Source: Escherichia phage JH2. From it: a DNA stretch of 64,000 nucleotides. How positions within the stretch are numbered: the first letter of the stretch is position 1; each line of letters opens with the position of its first letter. The DNA lies in the sequence record KF055347, one strand, 5' to 3'. A program made the translations under genes and the position numbers. Of this stretch, positions 46,044 through 64,000 are shown piece by piece. The notes under the pieces are model-generated. The model was not told where the DNA came from, searched no databases, and saw only the letters and a program-made list of their open reading frames with translations.

Positions 46044-46237
46044 TTATTCTCCCCCTTAAAAGCTTTTTCTAAGTTATCTACGAACTCATCATCAATAGGT
46101 GTGTCTGTTTTACTCGCAAGGTATCTTGCAAGTCTAAAGAACACTTTCTCAATCATGTATTCACTTAGAAGGGATAAAATGAGTTTCCAGAAGAAGCTAC
46201 CTAGATTTTTTAGAAGAATTGCTAGGATTGTAGGCAT
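46040..46237 (-). CDS. hypothetical small hydrophobic protein
   Basis: 65 aa; hydrophobic N-terminus then acidic tail. Confidence 0.4.
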   Translation of the reverse strand: MPTILAILLKNLGSFFWKLILSLLSEYMIEKVFFRLARYLASKTDTPIDDEFVDNLEKAFKGENK

Positions 46238-46316
46238 TTAATCACCTCATCAGCCAAGATGGTGAGAATACCCATAAAGAATATTAACACCATCTTAACA
46301 ATCAGTCAACAAGGGA

Positions 46317-48662
46317 TTAAGCAGTTCTCACCCAAGCCATTAACTTATAGAACTGGTTAATTACACTAAATGCTGAACCAGAACCTGTACCACCAGTGTT
46401 ACCACTTACTGTGTGGCTGTGAGCACCAATACCAACTGAGTGAGCGTGGTTACCATTTGATGCAGCAGTACCACTTACTGAGTGTGAGTGATTCCCAGCA
46501 CTACCCGTTTGTACGGTATTTCTGTTACCATCAGAATCCCAATCACCCCTTGTACCACTTGGTTGCGCACCAGTAATATAACCATGTGTATGAGCACCTG
46601 TTGTATTCGTTGAACCACTCACTGAGTGGGTGTGAGCACCAGTAGTGTTAGTGGTTTTAGTACCGTAGTCAAAGCTAGAGGTTGTCGCAGAGAAACTATG
46701 CGTGTGTGAAGGTAAGTTACCAACAGCTAACGTCACAGAATCTGAACCACCTGTTGTAGCAACATCTGAACCGTTTGCTGCTGCAATTCTGATAGTTCTA
46801 CCAACACCATTGTTGAGGTACGTCCAAGTTAGACCAGGAAGTGCTGTATTAGGGTTAACATTGCTGTTAAACCAAGTTACAATACCTACTGGATAGATTT
46901 TATTAAGGTCTGTAGAGTCACTAATTGCCTGTGCAATCTTCTGGTCAGTTTCAGCTTTAGTGTATGCACCAATATCTGAAGGGGTTGGTTTAAAATCAGT
47001 TGTGTAAAGCTGTGCTTCCCCAGCATATCTGCCGTCTTTGTCATAGGCATAGGTGAATGTTGCCAGTCCATTTGAGCCATACACAAAAGAGATTCCTCTT
47101 GCATGTGCAGCAGTCTTATTAGAGTGAGCAACATGAATTGCCAACTCTTTCAGTCCACTAGTAACAGCATTGTTTCTGACAAAACCTGAGTACCCAAGAT
47201 TAAACCCTGAAGGGTTTTCAAGGTTATCTACAGATAATGTCATTAAGGATTGGTTTAATAACTGAGTTTTAACAAAATATCTAGCATCTAAGTTAGAAAA
47301 GTTCGAAGGTTGAACTTGACCAGTGATTGCTAAATTCTTATTCGCAACAATTGCTGATGGTTCAAGGGCAATTTGAGTACCAGAGTAACTATTGTTTAAG
47401 GTTACCACATTAGAGTTTGGGCCACCTACACCTAACCACCACCTCGATACGTTCGCGGTATCCACACCACGGATATATAGCGGTTGCCCCTGTGTCAAGT
47501 TTCTTAATACTAAACCTTCGTTATTTGATACGATAGTCTGCACATTCACGAAAGTGTTTGCCACATTAAGTTTAGGGAGATTACTCAAAGTAGCTGCTGG
47601 AATATATCTAGAGTCAATATTAGCCCAATCAGAAGGTTGAACTTGACCAGTGATTCTGAAGTCCTTGTTTACTGCGACATGCCCATTGTCAAGTCTAAGA
47701 TAAGAACCATACACATAGTTGCTGATGAATACAGCAGGTGTATTATCACCATTTCCTACATACCACTTACCAGAACCATCATTAGCTTCGGCTTTAACGT
47801 ATAGTGCAGCATTTGCTACAGTATTTTTCAACCTTAAAGCAGCACTGTCACTAATAATAAGTAGGTTTCTGCTAAACGTGTTAGTGCCAGTGAAATTGTT
47901 ATTAGCAGCTAACTGTGCAAATCTCTGATTAGCAACTGTCTGTGTGAAGTATCTAGCATCTAAGTTAGAGAAGTCAGAAGGTTGAACTTGACCAGTGATT
48001 GCTAAAGACTTATTAACAGAGACATTGCTTGCAATAGTCAAAGCTGAGTCATATTTATTATTGTACAGTTGCACTGCATCAGAGCCATTTTTACTAATAC
48101 CAACCAACCATCTAGCTGAACCATCTAGGTTTACACCTTCAATATATTGTGCATTGTTTGCATTTTGGTTTCTAAGGCGAAGTAAGTTAACATCACCTTG
48201 AATGTTCTGAGTTCCAGAGAATGTGTTTGTGACAGCAAGCCTTGCATATCTTGCATCATTCTCTTCATTAGTTCTCATACCAAGCTCATTAGGGCTTGGC
48301 TTATTCAGAGTATGATAAACAGTTGCCGACCTTGAAGCATCTGCAATAGTTAGTTTAAGACCATTTGCGTTGATTTTAAAAGTCTTTAAAACATCCCCAA
48401 TATTAATCTCAGAAGAACCTGTAGGGTCAAAGACTGCCTTACCACCATAAAGTAACTTAACAATACCTAAGTCACCCGTCATAGTACTACCAGCAATCTG
48501 AACAAATCTCTCAAGTTTAAAAGACGCTAAGAAGTCTTGATAGGTCATTCGACGGTCTTCATCACCTAGCATTTCAGGTCTCTTTTTAACCCTGACATGA
48601 AGAAGGTCATCTGAACGGATTGTGTCGATTGAGTTTAATTCACTCAACTTGTAATCTGCCAT
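46317..48662 (-). CDS. long tail fibre protein with triplicated internal module and His-rich C-terminal tip
   Basis: 781 aa; ITGQVQPS(D/N)(F/W)(S/A)N(L/I)D(A/S)RY occurs three times; C-terminal HTHS/HSHS/HAHS motifs shared with the neighbouring fibre gene. Confidence 0.7.
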   Translation of the reverse strand: MADYKLSELNSIDTIRSDDLLHVRVKKRPEMLGDEDRRMTYQDFLASFKLERFVQIAGSTMTGDLGIVKLLYGGKAVFDPTGSSEINIGDVLKTFKINANGLKLTIADASRSATVYHTLNKPSPNELGMRTNEENDARYARLAVTNTFSGTQNIQGDVNLLRLRNQNANNAQYIEGVNLDGSARWLVGISKNGSDAVQLYNNKYDSALTIASNVSVNKSLAITGQVQPSDFSNLDARYFTQTVANQRFAQLAANNNFTGTNTFSRNLLIISDSAALRLKNTVANAALYVKAEANDGSGKWYVGNGDNTPAVFISNYVYGSYLRLDNGHVAVNKDFRITGQVQPSDWANIDSRYIPAATLSNLPKLNVANTFVNVQTIVSNNEGLVLRNLTQGQPLYIRGVDTANVSRWWLGVGGPNSNVVTLNNSYSGTQIALEPSAIVANKNLAITGQVQPSNFSNLDARYFVKTQLLNQSLMTLSVDNLENPSGFNLGYSGFVRNNAVTSGLKELAIHVAHSNKTAAHARGISFVYGSNGLATFTYAYDKDGRYAGEAQLYTTDFKPTPSDIGAYTKAETDQKIAQAISDSTDLNKIYPVGIVTWFNSNVNPNTALPGLTWTYLNNGVGRTIRIAAANGSDVATTGGSDSVTLAVGNLPSHTHSFSATTSSFDYGTKTTNTTGAHTHSVSGSTNTTGAHTHGYITGAQPSGTRGDWDSDGNRNTVQTGSAGNHSHSVSGTAASNGNHAHSVGIGAHSHTVSGNTGGTGSGSAFSVINQFYKLMAWVRTA

Positions 48663-48682
48663 TATAAATTTTCCTCTTAAAA

Positions 48683-48698
48683 GGGGCTATAAAGCCCC
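48683..48698 (-). terminator. hairpin between the two fibre genes
   Basis: GGGGCT-ATAA-AGCCCC followed by a T-run on the minus strand; preceded by TTTACA. Confidence 0.4.
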
Positions 48699-48708
48699 TG
48701 TAAAGAAA

Positions 48709-49878
48709 TTAAGCTGTTCTTTGCCATACATAAACTACAAAAGATGGTTGCTCAACACTAAATGCTTGACCAGCACCAACAGACCCTGTAGTTCCTGAAT
48801 GGGTGTGTTCTCCAACTCCAGTAATGCTAACCGTTACATTGTGTGAATGTGCCCCGATAGCAACAGTGTGTGAGTGCGAGCCAATAGCCACCGTGTGATT
48901 ATGATTACCATTAGACGCAGCAGTACCACTGATGGAGTGAGAGTGGTTACCAGCACTATCTGTCTGAACAGTATTCCTGTGCCCATCCCTATCCCAGTCC
49001 CCTGACGCACCAGTATCTTGGTAACCAGTGACATATCCATGCGTGTGAGCACCTGTTGTATTTGTTGAACCACTCACAGAGTGTGTATGAGCACCAGTAG
49101 TGTTTGTGGTCTTAGTACCGTAATCAAATGACGAGGTTGATTTAGTACCATAATCAAACGCACTAACTGAGACATTTGCACCATGACTATGATTTCCACC
49201 TGTTAGGTAGATAGAATGACTGTGTGATGGTAAATTGTTGCTAGACAAACTAACACTACTAGAGCCAAAGTTACTACCGACTGGCCTTGAGTTATCACTG
49301 TAGCCTACTAATGCCCGACCTTTTGATACCAACTCCCAAGTACCTCCACAAATTAGGTAGGTAGCTGGGTTAGCAGAGTTCATCGAAAGGTGCAATGTAC
49401 CAACAGGATAAGAAGCCTGAACAGCCTTATACAAGTTATTTACTGCTCTTGCTGTAGCGTACTTATCTGCATCCTCATTATAAAGGTTAGATGTTGTCCA
49501 GTTCTGGACATTACTTAAACCAACCTGCGCCTTAGTTGTATTGTGTGGGTTGCTCTTGTCATTAATATGCTGTTGAATAAGGCTATTAACCTCTTCTGAA
49601 GACATAATCTGTAGATTTGCTCTTGCCTCAGCTACATTAACAATATCTGATAAGTTATTTGCAGCAACTAACTGAAGAGCATTAATAACATTGTCTAGAC
49701 CAATTTGTGTCTTAGTAACACCATGAGGGTTATTTCTTAGGCTTGAGTGTGGAGCAAGTAGTTGCTCAAGAGTACATCTCTTATCCTCAATACCCTGCTT
49801 AAGATGGAAGATATCACTAAGGTCAATTGGTAAGGCTGCTTGAGGCAAGGCACTAATTTGAATTTCACCTACTGCCAT
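48709..49878 (-). CDS. tail fibre protein with His-rich C-terminal tip
   Basis: 389 aa; C-terminal ~120 aa near-identical to the long fibre tip with repeated HxH motifs. Confidence 0.65.
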   Translation of the reverse strand: MAVGEIQISALPQAALPIDLSDIFHLKQGIEDKRCTLEQLLAPHSSLRNNPHGVTKTQIGLDNVINALQLVAANNLSDIVNVAEARANLQIMSSEEVNSLIQQHINDKSNPHNTTKAQVGLSNVQNWTTSNLYNEDADKYATARAVNNLYKAVQASYPVGTLHLSMNSANPATYLICGGTWELVSKGRALVGYSDNSRPVGSNFGSSSVSLSSNNLPSHSHSIYLTGGNHSHGANVSVSAFDYGTKSTSSFDYGTKTTNTTGAHTHSVSGSTNTTGAHTHGYVTGYQDTGASGDWDRDGHRNTVQTDSAGNHSHSISGTAASNGNHNHTVAIGSHSHTVAIGAHSHNVTVSITGVGEHTHSGTTGSVGAGQAFSVEQPSFVVYVWQRTA

Positions 49879-49880
49879 TA

Positions 49881-57911
<8,031 letters not shown>

Positions 57912-57912
<1 letters not shown>

Positions 57913-58151
57913 TACATTTTTCCTGCTCTTCTAAGTTCGTTGTAAGCAATTTCCTCTTTATACGACCTCTGAATTTCAAGAAATTGTCTCAATGATAATA
58001 AATCAGAGAATGTCATAGCAAAGAGTTGGTCAAGTGTTTCTTTACACCCTTCCATACCATAAATAGCAAGCACAAATTTCATCTCGTCTGCTTCTTCATA
58101 GGTTGACTCTACAGCAGCATCAGTTAGTGGTGTCTGTAGAGTGTTACCCAT
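57912..58151 (-). CDS. tail assembly chaperone ORF 2 (possible frameshift extension)
   Basis: 79 aa; its frame stays open upstream into the 3-prime end of ORF 58154..58552, offset -1. Confidence 0.45.
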
Positions 58152-58153
58152 GT

Positions 58154-58552
58154 TTACTGAGAAGTTAGGCTTTTGAAAATGCTTGCTTCGAAAAAACTTC
58201 CGAAGTTTGCCTCCAGCGCAAATGCTAAGTAATCAATAAATTCACCATAGTTTGCTTGGAAGTATGTATCAATATTAAGTGGGAAGTCATCAACAGTTGC
58301 CCCTTGAAATAACATGGTAGCCATTTCTTCAAGGTTAATTTCTTCAATTCTGTCAAAACAAGCTTCAACAAGTTCTTTAAATGGAACCATTGGAACATCT
58401 TTCTTACCTTTATCAGTCAGACTTGATAGCATCTGTGCAAAAGTTGGAACAACAATTTTACCCAACTTCATAGACATCTTAATACCATCTCTTGCCCCAA
58501 GCAGAATGATATTTACTTTCTTACCATTAATTACTCTAGATTCTGTTTTCAT
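58154..58552 (-). CDS. tail assembly chaperone
   Basis: 132 aa between tube and tape measure; slippery U_UUU_UUC heptamer near its 3-prime end. Confidence 0.55.
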   Translation of the reverse strand: MKTESRVINGKKVNIILLGARDGIKMSMKLGKIVVPTFAQMLSSLTDKGKKDVPMVPFKELVEACFDRIEEINLEEMATMLFQGATVDDFPLNIDTYFQANYGEFIDYLAFALEANFGSFFEASIFKSLTSQ

Positions 58553-58625
58553 TGTGATTCCTTAATACTTTTAAAAGAAACAAAAAAGGGGAAGACCTTT
58601 TAAAGTCTCCCCCTTATAGGATATA

Positions 58626-59072
58626 TTAAACACTTGACGCTGGAATTGTAGAAGTGTAGTCTAGCTTCTCACAACCAAAAATCCAAGTTTTAGAGTTCTG
58701 GTCACGACCAAGTTCAATCTGTGGTAATTCCTGCAACCAAGCATTAATACCAGTTGCCAGAACAGAGCCTGATGGGTCGTAGATTACGAAGTTAGAAGAG
58801 ATATCTTCTTCAAGTTCCATATTGTCTTGTTTAGCTTGAATTGCAGAAAGCATCTGGTTAGAGAGAGAAGTCTGCATTAGCTCAATCTCAATAGTACCTG
58901 TCTTGTCTGCATTTCTTGTCAGAGCAACTTGACCACCTGCACCTACAACTGGTGTAATAAGTGGTGATGTTCTCTGTAGACGTAAGAATGAGTCTGGGGC
59001 AAAGCCTTCAATAGCAATGCCGTTCCAGCTACATACAACGTCTTTAGGGGAATATTGCTGATACATAGCCAT
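58626..59072 (-). CDS. tail tube protein
   Basis: 148 aa immediately after the sheath gene. Confidence 0.6.
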   Translation of the reverse strand: MAMYQQYSPKDVVCSWNGIAIEGFAPDSFLRLQRTSPLITPVVGAGGQVALTRNADKTGTIEIELMQTSLSNQMLSAIQAKQDNMELEEDISSNFVIYDPSGSVLATGINAWLQELPQIELGRDQNSKTWIFGCEKLDYTSTIPASSV

Positions 59073-59087
59073 TCCAATTTACCTCTA

Positions 59088-60440
59088 TTATTCGTAAGCC
59101 ACTGTACCTTTCAAGTCAACATCCAAGATAGCGCCTGCTAAGATACCTGCAAAGGTAATGTCTTTCAGGATACGAGCTTTCTTGTCTGCCAAAGCAACTT
59201 GAGAGGCTTTAGGAACATTAACTGTGTAAGATGACAGGAAGTTTCTGTTGACTGCTCTTTGTAGAGAGGTTTCAATGACTTGACGAATACGAGTAATACC
59301 AGTATCATCATAAGTAATCTTACCACCCTTCTGGTTAATTAGCAAGTCTCTCAGAGAAGTTTTCAGGTCTGATTCTAACCAGTCAACACCACGGATGATA
59401 TCAATCCATTCCCCACCAGAAGTAATCCCTCTACGAACCACTGGAACACCACCATCAAGGTCAATAAAGTTACAGTGACGTGCATCTAAAGCTGACTTCT
59501 GAATACTTGTCAGAGGTCTCTGATTAGATGGTTGTAGAGAAGCAGCTACACCAGTTAACTGTGCGTTACCCCAAGCAATTGAACCTGCATCATATGGAGC
59601 ACCATAAGCAATGTATGCCATTTCTGGATAATCTTCTGCTGCTGTGTGATGCCATAAGCAAACTGTACGAGTGTACTTATTCTTAGCAAGTTGTGCTGGA
59701 ACATCATTTGCACTGGCTAATTCTGTACCTTGCAGTGCTGCTACATCAGAGTTAGCTGTAAAGAAAATCTTCTTGCGAGCCTGAATCTCAGAAGCCATTG
59801 CTAAGACAAACTGTTGAGTTCTATCTTCTGCTGCAATGAAATACCAGTCGGTAGAATAAGCTTCGATGGCTGCCAGAGCAGTTGATGCTGTATCAGCAGT
59901 TGTGCTTGCAATAAATACAGTCTGTGCTATAGTTGTTACTTTCACGAAATCATTGTCACCAGCTTTGGTAATAATCATTGTGGCAGAACCAGCACTACCA
60001 GTTACGTTCACAGAAACCTTATCTTTGATTGTTGGGTCAGCTTCAATCTGTGTTTTAAACTGTTGCAATACTTTTTCAGCAGTGTCTGAGCTTTTCGCTG
60101 TATACTGATATGGTTGAGAAACTCCACCGCCCACAGCTACAGTTAAAGAATAATCGGTACTTTCAGTAACAGAGTCAGGAATTGATACAGTATACTGCAT
60201 AGCACGTCTACCAATATAAAGCTGAGTTACTTTAGGAGTTTGACTCCAAAGTTGTTTAGCAGCCTTATATGCAGCAGACTTCTCATCGAAATCTTCAGCA
60301 ACTTCAGTTAAGGAAGTGTAACCACGCACTCTTTCTTCAAAGTTATCTGTTGAAGCTAAGAATAGTGGCAAACCAAAACCTTCTCTTGTAGTTCCTGCGG
60401 TGTTCAATGTAATATCTACATTAACAATTGGATTCCACAT
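59088..60440 (-). CDS. tail sheath protein
   Basis: 450 aa immediately before the tube gene. Confidence 0.65.
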   Translation of the reverse strand: MWNPIVNVDITLNTAGTTREGFGLPLFLASTDNFEERVRGYTSLTEVAEDFDEKSAAYKAAKQLWSQTPKVTQLYIGRRAMQYTVSIPDSVTESTDYSLTVAVGGGVSQPYQYTAKSSDTAEKVLQQFKTQIEADPTIKDKVSVNVTGSAGSATMIITKAGDNDFVKVTTIAQTVFIASTTADTASTALAAIEAYSTDWYFIAAEDRTQQFVLAMASEIQARKKIFFTANSDVAALQGTELASANDVPAQLAKNKYTRTVCLWHHTAAEDYPEMAYIAYGAPYDAGSIAWGNAQLTGVAASLQPSNQRPLTSIQKSALDARHCNFIDLDGGVPVVRRGITSGGEWIDIIRGVDWLESDLKTSLRDLLINQKGGKITYDDTGITRIRQVIETSLQRAVNRNFLSSYTVNVPKASQVALADKKARILKDITFAGILAGAILDVDLKGTVAYE

Positions 60441-61040
60441 TTATTTTACCCCTTTGGAGTCTACATCTAGATGGATAGTATATTCTGGTGGCTCTTGTCC
60501 TTCTTCATAAACTAACTCACCATCAACAATGACACGCTCAATAATACTTCCACGTTCATCTTTCAGGACTGAGTTTTTTACAAGAGTTACAACAAGAGGT
60601 GCAGAATTTTCGAAATCTGTATTGAGATAAGTGTAATCATTCGGGATTGCTCCAGTGTCTAGTACTGTAGCTCCTGTCTCTTCAAGAATTAAATCTCTGA
60701 CTGAACTCATCTCTAATCGTTGTTTAAGCTCAAGCATAATACTGTGAGCACCTTTACCATTCACCGTAATCAATACAGGAATCTGAAAAGCAATTCTGTA
60801 GCAAACTACATCATCCTCAACAAACTTATCAAGAACCCAACCATAAGGTGTTGCAGCATCTTGACAATATACGGTGATAAATGGCTGGTCAGGTTTTAAA
60901 CCTTTGTCATTTGAGTTATCAGAAGGGTAAGCTCTAATTACATTTGGTCTATTATTTTTATCACGAGCTAGTCTGTGACCAATAACATCCACTAAGGTTC
61001 TAACTAGACCTTTTTCAAGTTCTGCTGTTTCTAACTGCAT
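60441..61040 (-). CDS. putative neck / tail completion protein
   Basis: 199 aa between head genes and sheath. Confidence 0.4.
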   Translation of the reverse strand: MQLETAELEKGLVRTLVDVIGHRLARDKNNRPNVIRAYPSDNSNDKGLKPDQPFITVYCQDAATPYGWVLDKFVEDDVVCYRIAFQIPVLITVNGKGAHSIMLELKQRLEMSSVRDLILEETGATVLDTGAIPNDYTYLNTDFENSAPLVVTLVKNSVLKDERGSIIERVIVDGELVYEEGQEPPEYTIHLDVDSKGVK

Positions 61041-61416
61041 TCATTTTATCCCTTCTAATAATGATATATTCATAATGGGACGTATGGGCTAATTGCTGTG
61101 ACCAATCCATAGTCATAAATACTTCATACTCATGACCATCAATCATAACAATGTCAGACTCATTCCACTCTACATCGTCTGAAGTTCTAAGTTTGTATGT
61201 AGTATACAGGATTCTTGTGTCGGTAAGTCTAATACCTTCCGGTAAAGCAATCTGTGTACCATTCTTTACAGAACCTTTGATATATGGCTGGATATTACCT
61301 TTACAGTTAACCTCTACAATATCTTGTGAAGCTACCCAATCACCATCATCATTATAATAACCGTCTTCAGAGACTTTACGCTTTACTACAAAGCTGTGCC
61401 TGTTTAAGAGTCTCAT
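61015..61416 (-). CDS. putative head-tail joining protein
   Basis: 133 aa; small overlaps with neighbours. Confidence 0.4.
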   Translation of the reverse strand: MRLLNRHSFVVKRKVSEDGYYNDDGDWVASQDIVEVNCKGNIQPYIKGSVKNGTQIALPEGIRLTDTRILYTTYKLRTSDDVEWNESDIVMIDGHEYEVFMTMDWSQQLAHTSHYEYIIIRRDKMNAVRNSRT

Positions 61417-61895
61417 TTTTTAATACCCTTCTTAGTAGAAATTTTATAAGCAAGGTTATCCCTTAAGTCACCTGTCTCAACAAGAGGTGCGTTAAAGCCT
61501 TTTTTCTTGACTGTGGAAGGTGCGTTAGGAGGGAGGATAGCAGAATTACCAAAACCTCTTTTAATTGCCTTCTGAGCATTCTTTGCAAATGCTTCTAAGG
61601 TATTTGAAGGGTCTGTGTTGAGACTGCTAAGTTGCTTATATAGATTCTTCTTAGTCTGCTCTAACAAGGTCTGTTTGTTTAGCATCATAGTGATTTCAAA
61701 CAACCTACGATATACTTTACCAGAAGCTGAAGGAACCCCAATAACTTCTTGTAAATACATTAAAGCAGGATAAGAAAAACCAGAGCTATGTTGACCTTGT
61801 TCTTGAAAATACCCAACTTGAGCATTAGCCGTGTGCAAGTTCTTCATAGCCCCGACTAATTTTGCTCTAGCGGGGTGAATAACCCTTTTAACCAT
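61413..61895 (-). CDS. putative head-tail joining protein
   Basis: 160-aa ORF. Confidence 0.4.
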   Translation of the reverse strand: MVKRVIHPARAKLVGAMKNLHTANAQVGYFQEQGQHSSGFSYPALMYLQEVIGVPSASGKVYRRLFEITMMLNKQTLLEQTKKNLYKQLSSLNTDPSNTLEAFAKNAQKAIKRGFGNSAILPPNAPSTVKKKGFNAPLVETGDLRDNLAYKISTKKGIKK

Positions 61896-62344
61896 TATTC
61901 ATCTCGCTCGATAATAAATACGCCATTAACACGGTTGCAGTAATCTCTGCCTTCGTATCTGGCAGCATCACCATATTCTGTGTATTTCTTGACAGAGCAA
62001 GGATTCTGACGACGCATGTCAATATCACACTGGCTAATACCACCCGCATAGGGTAGTCCTGAAACAGAGCTTTTAATAAGGTCGTCATAAACAGCTTTCA
62101 GAGATTTGAATCTGGAAGAGTTACGTAAGTAAACACCACCAACTTTCTCATCTCCCATCTTGGCTACTTGAAAGAGTAAATATTTAAGAGCTTTGATGGC
62201 TGCTTTCTTTTCATCCTTTCCAGATTCTAGATAGAACCACTCTAGCACAGACTGCTCAATAAGAATTTCATCATTATTGGTGTCTGTGCAGAGGATTCTT
62301 ACTCTATCAAGAGGGTTATTGGCTGGGTCGCCTGTATAACACAT
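61895..62344 (-). CDS. putative head-tail adaptor protein
   Basis: 149 aa directly after the capsid gene. Confidence 0.4.
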   Translation of the reverse strand: MCYTGDPANNPLDRVRILCTDTNNDEILIEQSVLEWFYLESGKDEKKAAIKALKYLLFQVAKMGDEKVGGVYLRNSSRFKSLKAVYDDLIKSSVSGLPYAGGISQCDIDMRRQNPCSVKKYTEYGDAARYEGRDYCNRVNGVFIIERDE

Positions 62345-62364
62345 TCATAACCCTCCTAAGTTTA

Positions 62365-63471
62365 TCAGCCACCTTGAGCGTCAGCGCGAACATCTACCAG
62401 CAACTGAGGGCGAGTGCAGTATGGCAGCATGTAAGAGTGAGCTTCGAAGTCAATACCTTCGTCACGGTCTTTTTCGTATTCAAATACGTACAGTTCCTGA
62501 CCAAGTGTATTTGCATAACCCATCTTAGGACATGGGCCATATGCCACTTCGAAGATGTTGTTAGCTTCACCCAGCATAGATACGTTAGGGAAGGCATGAC
62601 CAACACCAACAGTTGCTGCTACATCATCAATGCCCACCAGAGTGTGAACCTTACCACGCTTGTCTTTGAACTTACCGTTGTACTGGACAAACTTAACACC
62701 ACCGTAGTAGAAGGTGTTCATGTGAGCCTGAACGCCGTCAGTACCACCAGTTCTCAGAGAACCAGTAATCTGTTGCCAAGCCAGCGGAGTCTGCTGTGCA
62801 AGATAAGCGTCACGAATCTTAGGATGCTTAACCAGTTTGCTGAAGAATACACGGTCAACAACTACGTGAATTTCTTCGCCGTTGATTACAGTGCCAGTCT
62901 TAGCTTCGTCTTCCATGTGCATACGCAGTTCTTCGATAGAAGCGTCGATGTCAGCATTAGGGTTGGCAAGGTCGAAGTAAACAGTCTTCTTCTCAACGTC
63001 GAACTGCTTGTACAGGTCAGCGTACAGAGTACCACGAGCATCAACAACTTTACCCTTCAGAGCTTGCATAAACAGGAACTCACGAGTAATATCGAACTTG
63101 GTACGAATCTTCATCAGCTTCTTAGCACGTACTACAGCTTCAGTAGTCAGTTCGTTTGCAGTGCCTGGCTGACGTACACCCTGAATCTCATCAGGAGTAA
63201 TGCTTTCAACTTCTTTGAAGTACATCATTGGGAAGCTGATTTGACGAACACGCTCAGGTGCGCTAGTCTCTGCTTTACGGCTATCACGGTCTACCGCATC
63301 AAGTAAGCTAACATCCCAATCAGTCAAGTCCATAAGGAAAGTGGTTTGGGTGATTGGTGCTGAACGGAACAGACCTAAGTTGGAAATATACCCATAAGTA
63401 TTTGGGATAGACTGGACTTCACCAGTCAGGTCAGCAAGGAAAAATCTGCTTTTTTCAGAATTAGTCAACAT
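62365..63471 (-). CDS. major capsid protein
   Basis: 368 aa; size and position after a decoration-like gene. Confidence 0.6.
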   Translation of the reverse strand: MLTNSEKSRFFLADLTGEVQSIPNTYGYISNLGLFRSAPITQTTFLMDLTDWDVSLLDAVDRDSRKAETSAPERVRQISFPMMYFKEVESITPDEIQGVRQPGTANELTTEAVVRAKKLMKIRTKFDITREFLFMQALKGKVVDARGTLYADLYKQFDVEKKTVYFDLANPNADIDASIEELRMHMEDEAKTGTVINGEEIHVVVDRVFFSKLVKHPKIRDAYLAQQTPLAWQQITGSLRTGGTDGVQAHMNTFYYGGVKFVQYNGKFKDKRGKVHTLVGIDDVAATVGVGHAFPNVSMLGEANNIFEVAYGPCPKMGYANTLGQELYVFEYEKDRDEGIDFEAHSYMLPYCTRPQLLVDVRADAQGG

Positions 63472-63504
63472 TGTAAAATTCTCCAGAATGTCTTATTATT
63501 GTTA

Positions 63505-63882
63505 TTACAGGCCAGTTGGTACGAAATCAATACCTTTAGCAGCCAGAGCTTTCTTGACTTCAGCAGCATCAACGCTTGATTCAAGAATTAGCAGGTCTTT
63601 TAGCTCTGCATCACGGTGGATACCAACAACTTTCAACTGACCGTGGTAAGACAGTTGCAGGTCTGCATAAAAGTTAACGATACATACAGAATCAGCCTGA
63701 GATTCTTCTCCTGCTGCAACTTTAGAGCCATCTGCTTTCAGAACTTCACCTACACGGTATTCTGTAGAAGCTTTTGGAGTATACTCTTTACGAGAGTGGC
63801 CTGTTGGGGTAACCTGTTCCCAAAGAATGATATCATTCAGAGGTTCTCTTTTACCTAGCTTAGTAAAACCTTCATATGCCAT
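63505..63882 (-). CDS. putative head decoration protein
   Basis: 125 aa immediately upstream of the capsid gene. Confidence 0.4.
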   Translation of the reverse strand: MAYEGFTKLGKREPLNDIILWEQVTPTGHSRKEYTPKASTEYRVGEVLKADGSKVAAGEESQADSVCIVNFYADLQLSYHGQLKVVGIHRDAELKDLLILESSVDAAEVKKALAAKGIDFVPTGL

Positions 63883-63893
63883 TATTGTGTTCC

Positions 63894-64000
63894 TTATTTA
63901 ATAAGAGATTTTAGAGCATTCTGGAGAGCCAGTTTGCGTTGTTCAGCGGTGTCTTCGGAAGCATTCTTAGCTGGTTCTTTTTCTTCTTCAACCAAATCAG
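63894..64000 (-). CDS. 3-prime fragment of a gene running off the window (possibly scaffolding protein)
   Basis: open frame to the window edge; hand translation ..LVEEEKEPAKNASEDTAEQRKLALQNALKSLIK then stop at 63894-63896. Confidence 0.35.
   Translation of the reverse strand, partial: DLVEEEKEPAKNASEDTAEQRKLALQNALKSLIK

Noticed and set aside
48683-48698. The GGGGCT..AGCCCC hairpin as only a terminator
   Set aside because: Not rejected outright, but the same TT(T/G)ACA plus GGGGC-palindrome arrangement occurs at sites that look like promoters, so a pure terminator call is uncertain and is left as a low-confidence feature.
62374-63306. 310-aa plus-strand ORF antisense to the major capsid gene
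   Set aside because: It lies entirely inside a well-supported minus-strand structural gene, has a low-complexity hydrophobic translation and no RBS; treated as an antisense shadow. The same applies to 13358..13885, 15225..16151, 35802..36725, 50439..50963 and other opposite-strand ORFs inside long genes.

Overview
This 64-kb window reads as one contiguous segment of a virulent tailed-phage (myovirus) genome, about 39-40% GC by eye, with no sign of bacterial chromosome. Gene content and order resemble Felix O1-like phages, but I cannot run a search to confirm that. Layout: (1) 1-4.5 kb, an array of small minus-strand early genes, each separated by a ~90-bp conserved hairpin/RBS cassette; (2) ~4.5-5.0 kb, a ~500-bp non-coding region with direct repeats; (3) 5-35 kb, minus-strand genes for lysis (signal-peptide lytic transglycosylase, overlapped spanin pair), rIIA/rIIB, a NAMPT-like plus PRPP-synthetase-like pair, anaerobic RNR (nrdD split by a group I intron, nrdG), aerobic RNR (nrdA, nrdB, glutaredoxin), MazG-like, GIY-YIG and HNH nucleases, exonuclease, T7 gp2.5-like SSB, primase-helicase and dNMP kinase; (4) 35.5-45.6 kb, plus-strand family A DNA polymerase (split in motif B by a group I intron carrying an EndoVII-type HNH ORF), small duplicated genes, lipoprotein, DNA ligase, HTH protein, DHFR and thymidylate synthase; (5) 45.7-64 kb, minus-strand structural module from decoration-like protein and capsid through sheath, tube, chaperone pair, tape measure and baseplate to two tail-fibre genes. 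The most notable candidates are the NAMPT-like/Prs-like pair (possible NAD+ reconstitution anti-defence), the two intron-split essential genes, a candidate -1 frameshift in the tail chaperone pair, the duplicated His-rich fibre tip, and the early cassette array with its adjacent repeat region. All calls are from reading the sequence and ORF translations; no database search was run.
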